From Actinomycetota bacterium (GTDB lineage: Bacteria; Actinomycetota; Acidimicrobiia; Acidimicrobiales; Aldehydirespiratoraceae), in NCBI GenBank assembly GCA_029979265.1, contig JAPOHW010000013.1:8739-72738 (forward strand): DNA of 64,000 nucleotides, in the 5' to 3' direction. This document shows positions 17,343-25,592 of this stretch, piece after piece. Each line of letters opens with the position of its first letter. The stretch's first letter is position 1. Below the pieces are notes generated by a model. It searched no databases. It was given only the letters and a program-made list of their open reading frames with translations, and was not told the DNA's origin. Both the position numbers and the translations under genes were made by a program.

Positions 17343-18044
17343 TCAGACAAGAGTGAACCGCACCCCGCTGAGCTCGAGCGTCTCACCGACCCGGCTCCGG
17401 TCGACGGCTACGAGATCGATGGCTGCGAGTCCTTCGCCGCGACCGTCGCTCGATGCTGTGAAACGAATCGTTGCGTCGTCGAGCTCGATCATACGCTCGG
17501 GGGTGACTGGCAGGCCGAGCGCCGCCGACCAACGCATGGCCAGTGCGTCGGGGTTGTCGCTCTGGAGTTCGGCACCGGTCATGTCGGCAGCAACCGACGA
17601 ACGGGCGTGGTAGGCGAAGTCGGGTCCGGCCCACGCCCAGCTTTCGGGAGGCTCGGCCTGGTCGATAGACACGATCGCACCGCCGACGTCGGCCGGATGG
17701 AGATGCATGCCCCGAATGCCCGGGGCGCTGGCATCGAACACGACACGGATGTCGGTGTCGGCGAGACGAGTCCTGTGCGAGTCGAGGTCGTCCACCTGCA
17801 CGATCACCATGTAGCCGCTGTCGCCCCCCCGGCGAGCAAGGAATCGACCGGCAGCGGTGTCGTCATGTTTCGGAACGACGACCTCGAGCAGTCGATCACC
17901 GATCGGGTAAAGGCCGTGTCGGAGCCCAAAGCGACCGACGCCGGGATCCCGGTAGCAGACCTCGACATCGAGTGCAGCGGTGATGGCTCGCTCGGTCGAT
18001 CGAAGGTCGCTGGCCACGGTGACGAGCTGGCGAAGTCGCATCAC
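17343..18044 (-). CDS. VOC (glyoxalase/bleomycin-resistance/dioxygenase-like) family protein
   Basis: 233-aa ORF. The paired beta-alpha-beta-beta-beta-like halves (LRQLVTVASDL...GLYPIGDRLLEVVVP... and ...IRGMHLHPADVGGAIVSID) fit glyoxalase-like-domain proteins. The assignment rests on overall pattern only. Confidence 0.6.
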   Translation of the reverse strand: MMRLRQLVTVASDLRSTERAITAALDVEVCYRDPGVGRFGLRHGLYPIGDRLLEVVVPKHDDTAAGRFLARRGGDSGYMVIVQVDDLDSHRTRLADTDIRVVFDASAPGIRGMHLHPADVGGAIVSIDQAEPPESWAWAGPDFAYHARSSVAADMTGAELQSDNPDALAMRWSAALGLPVTPERMIELDDATIRFTASSDGRGEGLAAIDLVAVDRSRVGETLELSGVRFTLV

Positions 18045-18135
18045 GGCCCTCTTGCTAGCACCCCCGACCGTCTCGTTCGCTCGTTGGATCGCCGTCGACC
18101 GGCCGGCTCGACGATTGTGGTCCTACGATCGTCGG

Positions 18136-18807
18136 ATGATCCGACTCGGCGACTGCACCACCGAAGAGCTCGGTGCGGGGAGGGTGTTGTTGCTACCGCT
18201 CGGTTCGACCGAGCAGCACGGACCGCACCTGCCACTCGACACCGACACCGCGATTGCGACGGCGGTGGCCGAGCGCGCCGCCGCACTCATCCCCGAAGGA
18301 ATCGCGGCGCCGGCCCTGCCGATCGGTGCTGCCGGCGAACACGCCGGTTTTGCCGGGACGCTCTCGATCGGTACCGACGTACTCGCTGCTGCGCTCGTCG
18401 AGATCGTGCGGACGGCAGGTTCGGAGTTCGATCGAATCGTCGTCGTCAACGCCCATGGGGGCAACCTCGACGCAGTCCGGTCGGCGTCGCAACGCTGCAA
18501 GTACGAGGGTCGTCCGCTCGGGATCTGGCACGCCCATGTCACCGAGGGCGACGCCCACGCCGGCGATGTCGAGACGTCGGTGATGCTGGCGATCGACCCC
18601 GATCGTGTGCGAATGGAACGAGCCGAACCGGGTGTGACCACCCCGACCAGTGAGATCATCGACGAGCTGCGGTCGGGAGGACTGGCTGCCGTCACCGCCA
18701 ACGGGGTGCTCGGTGATCCGACCCGAGCATCTGCAGCACGAGGCGAGCAGATCCTGGGCCGATGGGTCGACGAGGTCGTCGCAGTTTCTGAGAACATGGG
18801 TTCATGA
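18136..18807 (+). CDS. mftE: mycofactocin peptidase MftE (creatininase fold)
   Basis: ORF 17980..18807 trimmed to ATG 18136 (MIRLGDCTTEELG...). LLLPLGSTEQHGPHLPLDTDT, VVVNAHGGN and DAHAGDVETS are creatinine-amidohydrolase-family metal-site blocks. The stop overlaps the next ATG (ATGA). Confidence 0.85.
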   Translation: MIRLGDCTTEELGAGRVLLLPLGSTEQHGPHLPLDTDTAIATAVAERAAALIPEGIAAPALPIGAAGEHAGFAGTLSIGTDVLAAALVEIVRTAGSEFDRIVVVNAHGGNLDAVRSASQRCKYEGRPLGIWHAHVTEGDAHAGDVETSVMLAIDPDRVRMERAEPGVTTPTSEIIDELRSGGLAAVTANGVLGDPTRASAARGEQILGRWVDEVVAVSENMGS

Positions 18808-19586
18808 GCCGCCGTGTCGCACTCGTCACCGGAGCAGGCCGCGGCATCGGCGCAGCCACGGTGCAGGCGTTAGCCGGGGACGGCTGGCACGTCGTCGCCG
18901 TCGACCGGTGTTGCCCCGACCCGGCGGTCCCGTATCCGATGGCGACCGTCGACGACCTGGCCGCAGTGGTCGAGCGGGCCGGATCGGCGGAGGCCGCCCA
19001 CGCCGACGTTGCCGACGGCGAGCAGATGGACGAGATCGTCGCTCGTGCGCTGGCGGACCACGGGCATCTCGATGCCGTGGTGTGCGCCGCCGGGATCGTT
19101 GCTGGAGGCAGGCCCGTGTGGGAGGTCCCCGACACCGAGTGGAACGCAGTGATCGCCACTGACCTGACCGGCGTCTTCACCACCGTTCGCGCTGCGATGG
19201 CGGCCGTACTCGAAGCCGACGCAGGCCGCGTCGTTGCGGTTGCATCCGCTGCCGGCTCGCTGGGACTGCGGCACATGGCACCGTACGCAGCCGCCAAACA
19301 CGGCGTGATCGGGCTCGTTCGCTCATTGGCCGCCGATCTTGCCGGCACCGGTGTCACCGCCAACGCCGTCGCACCGGGCTCCACGGTCACGCCCGGCCTC
19401 GACGAGTCGGCCCGACTGTACGGGCTCGAGTCGATCGACGACTTCATTCGTCACCAGGCCCCCCTCGGTCGGCTGATCGACCCCGTCGAAGTCGCTGCCA
19501 CCATCGCCTGGCTGTGCTCGCCGGCCGCCGCTGCCATCACCGGAGCGGTGCTTCCCGTCGACGGCGGGATGACGGCCACAACCTGA
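18804..19586 (+). CDS. mycofactocin-coupled SDR-family oxidoreductase
   Basis: TGAGRGIG and YAAAKHG (YxxxK) are present. The insert VDRCCPDPAVPYPMATVDDLAAVV after the second beta strand is characteristic of the SDR subfamily that co-occurs with mft genes (from memory). It is translationally coupled to mftE. Confidence 0.8.
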   Translation: MSRRVALVTGAGRGIGAATVQALAGDGWHVVAVDRCCPDPAVPYPMATVDDLAAVVERAGSAEAAHADVADGEQMDEIVARALADHGHLDAVVCAAGIVAGGRPVWEVPDTEWNAVIATDLTGVFTTVRAAMAAVLEADAGRVVAVASAAGSLGLRHMAPYAAAKHGVIGLVRSLAADLAGTGVTANAVAPGSTVTPGLDESARLYGLESIDDFIRHQAPLGRLIDPVEVAATIAWLCSPAAAAITGAVLPVDGGMTATT

Positions 19587-19608
19587 TCGTCGCTCACTCC
19601 CGCTCGAC

Positions 19609-20727
19609 TCAGTCTGCGAGCATCTCCAGCAGGAGTTCCTTGAAGCGGAACGCGTCGTCGGGGTCGTCGGTCCACTCCTCGGTTCCGAAATGCACGCTCC
19701 GGGCGTGCACCCTCGCCATGATCGACGCGTGGCGGGCAGCCGTGTAGACGAGTTCGAAACGCAGATCCCCCACGTCGACCCCCGTCAACGCGCCGTAGGT
19801 CTCGCGAACGTCTTCGGGCCGGAGCATCTCGGGCAACGTGTCGACGCCGTACTTGTGCAACACGAACTCGAAGAAGCGATGCAGGAAACACATCCAGGCG
19901 ACGTCGAGACCGGGCGGTGCGACGGTCGCCATCTCCCAGTCGAGAACGGAGACCGGGTCGGTGCTGTCGTGTGCGTACATGATGTTGCCGATCCGAGCGT
20001 CGCCCCACGAGATCGCACTCGGCTGCTCGTCCGGCCAGTTCGTCTCGATCCAGGCGTGGGCCCGCTCGATCGTGGGGAACCGTCGTCCCGCGCTGTCGAC
20101 CATCCACTCGTAGAACGCCTTCTCCTGGGCGAAGTGTCGTTCGAGTGGCGTGGCCCCGAGGGTTGCGTCGGCCTGAAGGAACGCCGCCGAGCCGTCGCTG
20201 ATGTCGATCGAGTGGATGCCGGCGAGGACGGCGACACTCTTGTCCTGCAGCGCTCGACGCTCGGTAGCGGTGAGATCACGAACCCAACCGTCCATCGGGT
20301 ACGGGAGGATGTCGGGCGGGACCCGACCGTCGACCTTCTCCATCACGAAGAACGGCACGTCGAGATGGCTCGGGTCGGGTTCGTTCCAGCGCACCGTCGG
20401 AACGGGCACGTCACTGCGGTTGGCGACCAGCGCGATGACGCGAGCCTGCTTGTCGAGGTCATAGTCGGCGAAGATGGGCACGTCGTCGTCGGCCGGAGCA
20501 AGACGGGCGACGAACGATCCGGACTCGTCATTGAACGAGGCAGTGAAGAAGACCGACTCGCTCGACATGCCGTTGGCATCCGGTGACGACGCATCGGTCA
20601 CGGTTGCCGACGGGTCTCCCGTGATCTCGGCGAGCCACACCCCCAACCGGCCGGCCAGTTCCTCTGGTGATCGCGACGTCTTGACCACCACCATGTCGTC
20701 GGTGTCGGGAGCACGTTCGTTGGGCAT
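19609..20727 (-). CDS. phosphotransferase (APH/choline-kinase-like) family protein
   Basis: ORF 19609..20943 trimmed to ATG at 20727 (MPNERAPDTDD...). It has GMSSESVFF (nucleotide loop), WGDARIGNIMY (a variant Brenner motif with W in place of the usual H) and VLDWEMATV. Confidence 0.75.
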   Translation of the reverse strand: MPNERAPDTDDMVVVKTSRSPEELAGRLGVWLAEITGDPSATVTDASSPDANGMSSESVFFTASFNDESGSFVARLAPADDDVPIFADYDLDKQARVIALVANRSDVPVPTVRWNEPDPSHLDVPFFVMEKVDGRVPPDILPYPMDGWVRDLTATERRALQDKSVAVLAGIHSIDISDGSAAFLQADATLGATPLERHFAQEKAFYEWMVDSAGRRFPTIERAHAWIETNWPDEQPSAISWGDARIGNIMYAHDSTDPVSVLDWEMATVAPPGLDVAWMCFLHRFFEFVLHKYGVDTLPEMLRPEDVRETYGALTGVDVGDLRFELVYTAARHASIMARVHARSVHFGTEEWTDDPDDAFRFKELLLEMLAD

Positions 20728-20827
20728 AGCCGCACGGTAGTCAGGCCGGTTGCGCCCGGCGAACTGTCCCGCGACCGCAGCCGCTGGTACCTTCTGGCCA
20801 TTCCCCGCCAGCGATGAGGAGACCGAG

Positions 20828-21940
20828 ATGAAGACCCGTGCCGCAGTGCTGCGTGAGGTCGGCGCCGACTGGAGCGTCGAAGAGATCGAGCTCGACGAGC
20901 CGAAGGCGGGGGAGATCCTCGTCAAGACGGGTGCTGCCGGCATGTGTCACTCCGACGAGCACGCCCATGACGGCACCATGCCGGTCCCACTGCCCATCAT
21001 CGGTGGTCACGAGGGTTCCGGCACCGTCATCGGACTCGGTCCCGGTGTCACCGAGTTCGAGATCGGCGACCAGATCTCCTGTTCGTTCATCCCATCGTGC
21101 GGGAAATGCACGTGGTGCGCCCGTGGCCAGCAGAACCTGTGTGACCTCGGTGCCAAACTGATGGAGCCTGGCATGATCGACGGGTCGCACCGTCACCACG
21201 ACGCCGCCGGCAATCCGCTCACGCCGCTGCTCAAGCTCGGGACCTTCGCCGAACACATGGTGTTGAGTGTCGATTCGGCCATCAAGATCCAGAAAGACGT
21301 GCCGGCTGGTCCGGCTGCGCTCGTCAGTTGCGGCGTCACCACGGGCTACGGCTCCGCCGTGAATCGGGCCGAGGTCACGGCCGGCGACACCGTGGTGGTC
21401 GTCGGTTGCGGTGGACTCGGTACGGCCGCCATCCAGGGGGCGAAGGTTGCCGGGGCCAAAAACATCGTCGCCATCGACCCGTCCGAGTTCAAGCGCGAGA
21501 GCGCGATGGAGTTCGGTGCCACCCATTCGGCCCCGTCGATGGAAGAGGCGATGGAGCTGGTGGGCGGTCTGACCGATGGCGTGCAGGCCGACTCGGTGAT
21601 CCTCACCCCGTCGGTTCTCACCGGCGACTTGATCGCTCCGGCCCAGTTCCTCACCCGCAAGGGCGGAACCGTTGTCGCCACGGCGGTGGCCCCCGCCGCC
21701 CAGATGGACGTTCAGCTCAACCTGTTCATGTTCTCGATGATGAACCAGGAGTTGAAAGGCTGCCTGTTCGGCTCCACCGCACCGCGCAAGGAAATTCCGC
21801 ACCTGCTATCGATGTACCAGGCCGGCCAGCTGAAGCTGGACGAAATGATCACCAACACATACACCCTCGACCAGGTGAACGAGGGCTACGCCGACATGAT
21901 GGCGAACAAGAACATTCGCGGCGTCATCACCTTCGACTGA
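20828..21940 (+). CDS. NDMA-dependent-type zinc alcohol dehydrogenase (nicotinoprotein, mycofactocin-associated subfamily)
   Basis: ORF 20750..21940 trimmed to ATG 20828, with GAGGAG upstream. MKTRAAVLREVGADWSVEEIELDEPKAGEILVK, GMCHSDEH, GGHEGSG and CGKCTWCARGQQNLC are present. Subfamily placement is by resemblance and mft context. Confidence 0.85.
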   Translation: MKTRAAVLREVGADWSVEEIELDEPKAGEILVKTGAAGMCHSDEHAHDGTMPVPLPIIGGHEGSGTVIGLGPGVTEFEIGDQISCSFIPSCGKCTWCARGQQNLCDLGAKLMEPGMIDGSHRHHDAAGNPLTPLLKLGTFAEHMVLSVDSAIKIQKDVPAGPAALVSCGVTTGYGSAVNRAEVTAGDTVVVVGCGGLGTAAIQGAKVAGAKNIVAIDPSEFKRESAMEFGATHSAPSMEEAMELVGGLTDGVQADSVILTPSVLTGDLIAPAQFLTRKGGTVVATAVAPAAQMDVQLNLFMFSMMNQELKGCLFGSTAPRKEIPHLLSMYQAGQLKLDEMITNTYTLDQVNEGYADMMANKNIRGVITFD

Positions 21941-21950
21941 ATCGATTCCT

Positions 21951-22892
21951 GTGACCGCCCTCACCGATCCCTCTGTCGTCGGCGGGCTGTGCGAGCGAGT
22001 GGTCGGCCGTCGCCGCGAACTCGAGGTGCTGTTGGCTGCGCTCGCCGCCGATCGTCATGTGCTGCTCGAAGGTCCGCCCGGTACCGGGAAGTCGACCATT
22101 CTTCGCGAGGTTGCCAGCGCGGCAGGGACTGGATTCGTGTTCGTCGAGGGCAACGCCGAGCTGACCCCGGCCCGTCTGGCCGGTCAGTTCGATCCGTCAC
22201 GGGTCTTGGAGGAGGGCTACGTCGAAGACGTGTTCATCGACGGTCCACTCGTCGAAGCGCTTCGCAACGGTTCGCTGCTCTACGTCGAAGAGTTGAATCG
22301 GGTGCCGGAGGAGACCGTCAACCTGCTGATCACGGTGATGAGCGAGGGTGAGCTCACGTTGCCTCGGCTCGGTCGGATCGATGCTGCCGACGGGTTCCGG
22401 CTCGTGGCGGCCATGAACCCGTTCGACAACATCGGTACCGCTCGAGTGTCGGGCGCCGTCTACGACCGCATGTGCCGGATCGCCATGGGCTACCAATCCC
22501 TCGACGACGAGTCCGACATTGTCGTGCGCAACACCACCACCGACGATCGCACGCTTCGCAAGCGGGCGGTCACGATCACGCGTGCGACCCGCACCCACGG
22601 CGATGTTCGGGTCGGTTCGTCGGTTCGAGGAGCGATCGATCTCGTCGAGGTGGCCCATCAGCTCGCATCGATGCGGCAACTGCCGGTGCACGACGCCGAT
22701 CTGGGGCTCGATGCTGCACTGACGTCGCTGTCCGGCCGCATCCGCCTGCACGAGGGCGGCGACAAAACCCCCGAAGGTGTCATCACCGAACTGTGGGAGG
22801 CCGTGCTCGCAGCCGAGCAGCCGCAGGCAGAGGCCGACACCGACTCGGGAAAAGCGACCGCCCCGGACGGGGCGACAGCGGCGCCCCGCTGA
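21951..22892 (+). CDS. MoxR-like AAA+ ATPase
   Basis: GTG start 10 nt after the ADH stop. Walker A LLEGPPGTGKST, Walker-B-like LLYVEELNRVPE and the sensor region FRLVAAMNP are present. Confidence 0.85.
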   Translation: MTALTDPSVVGGLCERVVGRRRELEVLLAALAADRHVLLEGPPGTGKSTILREVASAAGTGFVFVEGNAELTPARLAGQFDPSRVLEEGYVEDVFIDGPLVEALRNGSLLYVEELNRVPEETVNLLITVMSEGELTLPRLGRIDAADGFRLVAAMNPFDNIGTARVSGAVYDRMCRIAMGYQSLDDESDIVVRNTTTDDRTLRKRAVTITRATRTHGDVRVGSSVRGAIDLVEVAHQLASMRQLPVHDADLGLDAALTSLSGRIRLHEGGDKTPEGVITELWEAVLAAEQPQAEADTDSGKATAPDGATAAPR

Positions 22893-22942
22893 CCCTCGAA
22901 GGCGACGACGCCCAGCAGGCGCTCGCCGACGAGAACCGTCGG

Positions 22943-23815
22943 ATGACCCCGCGTCCGCAATTGGCTCGCGATCCGAAGTTCGAAGAGATCAGTCCCGATG
23001 TCGGCCAACTCGATGACGACGCTCTTGCGGAGCTCGCAGCGGACGACCCCGACCATGCCCTGTCGTTGCTCGCGCAGATGCGGAGTGCAACCGATCGCGC
23101 GCTGGCAGTCCTGGCCGCGCGCCTCGCCGGGCGACTCGTCCTCGATGTCGCGAAAGCGGGGCCGGTGCGGGCCCGAGGTGTGGGCTCGATGGTGTCGTCG
23201 CCGGCCGACCGAGTCGAGGGCGACATCGATGTGGACGCATCGATCGACACGCTCGTGCACGCACGAGCCTCGGGCGAAGCGATCGATCCTGCCGACCTTC
23301 GGGTTCGTCACTGGACTCAACCGGCAACGGCGCTGTGTCTCGTCATCGACCGCAGCGGTTCGATGAGCGGAAAGCGGCTCGCAACCGCCGCAGTTGCAGC
23401 GGCGGCGTGTGCACACCGAGCACCGGTTGACTGGTCGGTGCTGGCGTTCGCCGATCGAGTGATTGCAGTCAAGAGCCAGGACGACGCACGCTCATCGCTC
23501 GAGGTGGTCGATGATCTGCTGCGACTTCGGGGCCAGGGTACGACCGACCTTGCCGGTGCGCTCATCGCCGCAGCCCGCCAACTCGACCGGTCTCGAGCGA
23601 AGCGTCGGGTCACGATCCTGATGTCGGATTGTCGAGCCACGACCGGCGCCGATGCGCTTCCCGCTGCTCGGCGACTCGACGAGTTGTGCATCATGGCGCC
23701 AGCCGACGATGCCGACGATGCCGAGACGTTCGCAAGGCAGGTGGGAGCCACCCTCGCCACAGTCGAAGAGCCGAGCGACATACCTGCTGCATTCCTTCGC
23801 GTCCTCGAGCGCTGA
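22943..23815 (+). CDS. von Willebrand factor A (VWA) domain protein
   Basis: ORF 22472..23815 trimmed to the first ATG after the MoxR stop. MIDAS residues are VIDRSGSMSG (DxSxS), GTTDLAGAL and ILMSDCRAT. No ATG, GTG or TTG lies between 22893 and 22943 in frame. Confidence 0.8.
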   Translation: MTPRPQLARDPKFEEISPDVGQLDDDALAELAADDPDHALSLLAQMRSATDRALAVLAARLAGRLVLDVAKAGPVRARGVGSMVSSPADRVEGDIDVDASIDTLVHARASGEAIDPADLRVRHWTQPATALCLVIDRSGSMSGKRLATAAVAAAACAHRAPVDWSVLAFADRVIAVKSQDDARSSLEVVDDLLRLRGQGTTDLAGALIAAARQLDRSRAKRRVTILMSDCRATTGADALPAARRLDELCIMAPADDADDAETFARQVGATLATVEEPSDIPAAFLRVLER

Positions 23816-23833
23816 AGCTCCGATCCGGGACCT

Positions 23834-24757
23834 TGGTCCCTCCCCCTGCGCAGTGATGCGTGCGACGCTGCAGACATCGCTCCGCTTCTCCAACTCGACC
23901 AACTGACCAAGCGCTTCGGTGACACGACTGCGGTGGATGGTGTCTCGTTGTCGGTCGATCGCGGTGAGATCGTCGGTCTGATCGGTGCGAACGGTTCGGG
24001 GAAGACGACCACGATGCGGATGTTGCTGGGCCTCATCCGCCCCACCGCCGGTTCAGCCAGGATCGCCGGCGGTGACGTCAGCCGAGCCGCGGTGCGCAAC
24101 GGCGTCGGCTATTTGCCCGACGACCCACCGCTCGACGAGCGCTGGACGGTCGGCGAGCAGCTCGACTGGTGGGAGTCGGTCCGGGGACCGGCACGGCGGC
24201 GGGCCGACATCGAAGGAGTGTTGGGTGTCGAATCGAACAAGCGCATCTCGGAACTCTCCCGAGGCAACCGTCAAAAAGTCGCCATCACGCTGACCTTGAT
24301 GCACGATCCGCGGTTGATCGTGATGGACGAACCTGCCACGGGTCTCGATCCGCTGGTGCGACGCGAGCTCTGGGCGGCGCTGCGAGCCGCCGCCGATCGA
24401 GGGGCTGCCGTCTTTGTCTCGTCGCATGTGCTCGGCGACATCGAACACGTCTGCGACCGAGTCGTTGTGCTGCGAGAGGGTAGGGCCGTGTTCGACGGAC
24501 CCGTCGACGAGCTCGCTCGCTCGAGTCGCCGCGTCGTGTCGATCGAGTTCGGGCACGCTGCTCCCCGGGCGGCGTTTGCCGAACTTCCCGGCGTGGTCGG
24601 CGTTCTGGCTGACAACTCTCGGCTCGACATCGAGGTGGTCGGACCGATCGATGTCCTGGTGAAAGCCGCAGCCGACTTCGAGGTCGTCGACTTCTCCACA
24701 TCGCAGGCGACCCTCGAGGGTGGGTTCGTCACGCTCAATGAGGAGGTCGATCGGTGA
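23834..24757 (+). CDS. ABC transporter ATP-binding protein
   Basis: The track ORF begins at GTG 23933, but that would delete the N-terminal strand LQLDQLTKRFGDTTAVDGVSL, which is in frame upstream. TTG 23834 is the only plausible upstream start, so the start is uncertain. Walker A GANGSGKTT, signature LSRGNRQKV and Walker B LIVMDEPATGLD are present. Confidence 0.8.
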   Translation, partial: WSLPLRSDACDAADIAPLLQLDQLTKRFGDTTAVDGVSLSVDRGEIVGLIGANGSGKTTTMRMLLGLIRPTAGSARIAGGDVSRAAVRNGVGYLPDDPPLDERWTVGEQLDWWESVRGPARRRADIEGVLGVESNKRISELSRGNRQKVAITLTLMHDPRLIVMDEPATGLDPLVRRELWAALRAAADRGAAVFVSSHVLGDIEHVCDRVVVLREGRAVFDGPVDELARSSRRVVSIEFGHAAPRAAFAELPGVVGVLADNSRLDIEVVGPIDVLVKAAADFEVVDFSTSQATLEGGFVTLNEEVDR

Positions 24758-25554
24758 GTCGTGTCCCGTTTCTCACCCGAGCCCTCCGGCTTCGGATCCG
24801 TTCGTTGGTCGGCTGGGGAACGGGCACCGTTGCCTTCGTCTCGATGATGATCGCCGTCTTCCCGGTCGTGCGTGACGATTCCAGTTTCGACGAGTTGCTG
24901 GCGGAGTACCCGGAGCCGATTCGTGCGCTCATCGGCGGCGACGTGTCGCTGTCGAGCGGGCCGGGATTCATGAGCGCCGAGCTGTATTCGCTCATGTTGC
25001 CGGTCCTCACTGCGCTCCTCGCCGCCAACGCAGCGGCAGCCCTGCTCGGCGGGGAGGATGAACGCGGCTGGCTGTCGTTCGTCGTCAGCGGCCCGACGAC
25101 TCGAACGCGCGTTGTGCTGGAGACGGCAACGGCGGTTGCCCTGGTCGCAGCAGTCCCGGTCGTGGCTGCTGCGCTCACCGTCGTCGTGGGTGGCCCGATG
25201 GTCGACCTCGGCCTAGATGCCGGTCGTCTTGTCGAGGTGTCGGTCGTGATGTGGGTGTTCGGTGTGCTGTTCGGTGCTGCCGCCTTGCTCGTAGCAGCAG
25301 CGGTGGGACGACGCAGTACCGCGATTGGTGCGGCGGCAGGTCTGGTCGTTTTTGCCTATGCCGCCGAGATCGTCGGCTCGATTGCGTCGTGGGGTCGACC
25401 GCTCCAGGTCCTGTCACCATTCCACCACCTGCTTGCCACGCAGCCGGCCGTCCTCGGTGCACCGTGGCTTGGCCTCGTGATCACCCTTGCGGTCGCTGCT
25501 GCGATGACCGTGGTTGCTGCGCTGCTCGTCGAGCGCCGTGATCTCGTGGGCTGA
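24754..25554 (+). CDS. ABC-2-type transporter permease
   Basis: GTG start overlaps the ATPase stop (GTGA). 266 aa with about six hydrophobic helices, and no other motifs. Confidence 0.65.
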   Translation: MSRVPFLTRALRLRIRSLVGWGTGTVAFVSMMIAVFPVVRDDSSFDELLAEYPEPIRALIGGDVSLSSGPGFMSAELYSLMLPVLTALLAANAAAALLGGEDERGWLSFVVSGPTTRTRVVLETATAVALVAAVPVVAAALTVVVGGPMVDLGLDAGRLVEVSVVMWVFGVLFGAAALLVAAAVGRRSTAIGAAAGLVVFAYAAEIVGSIASWGRPLQVLSPFHHLLATQPAVLGAPWLGLVITLAVAAAMTVVAALLVERRDLVG

Positions 25555-25592
25555 TCCCGGCGGACCGAAGCACCACGCTACCGTCACCGCCC

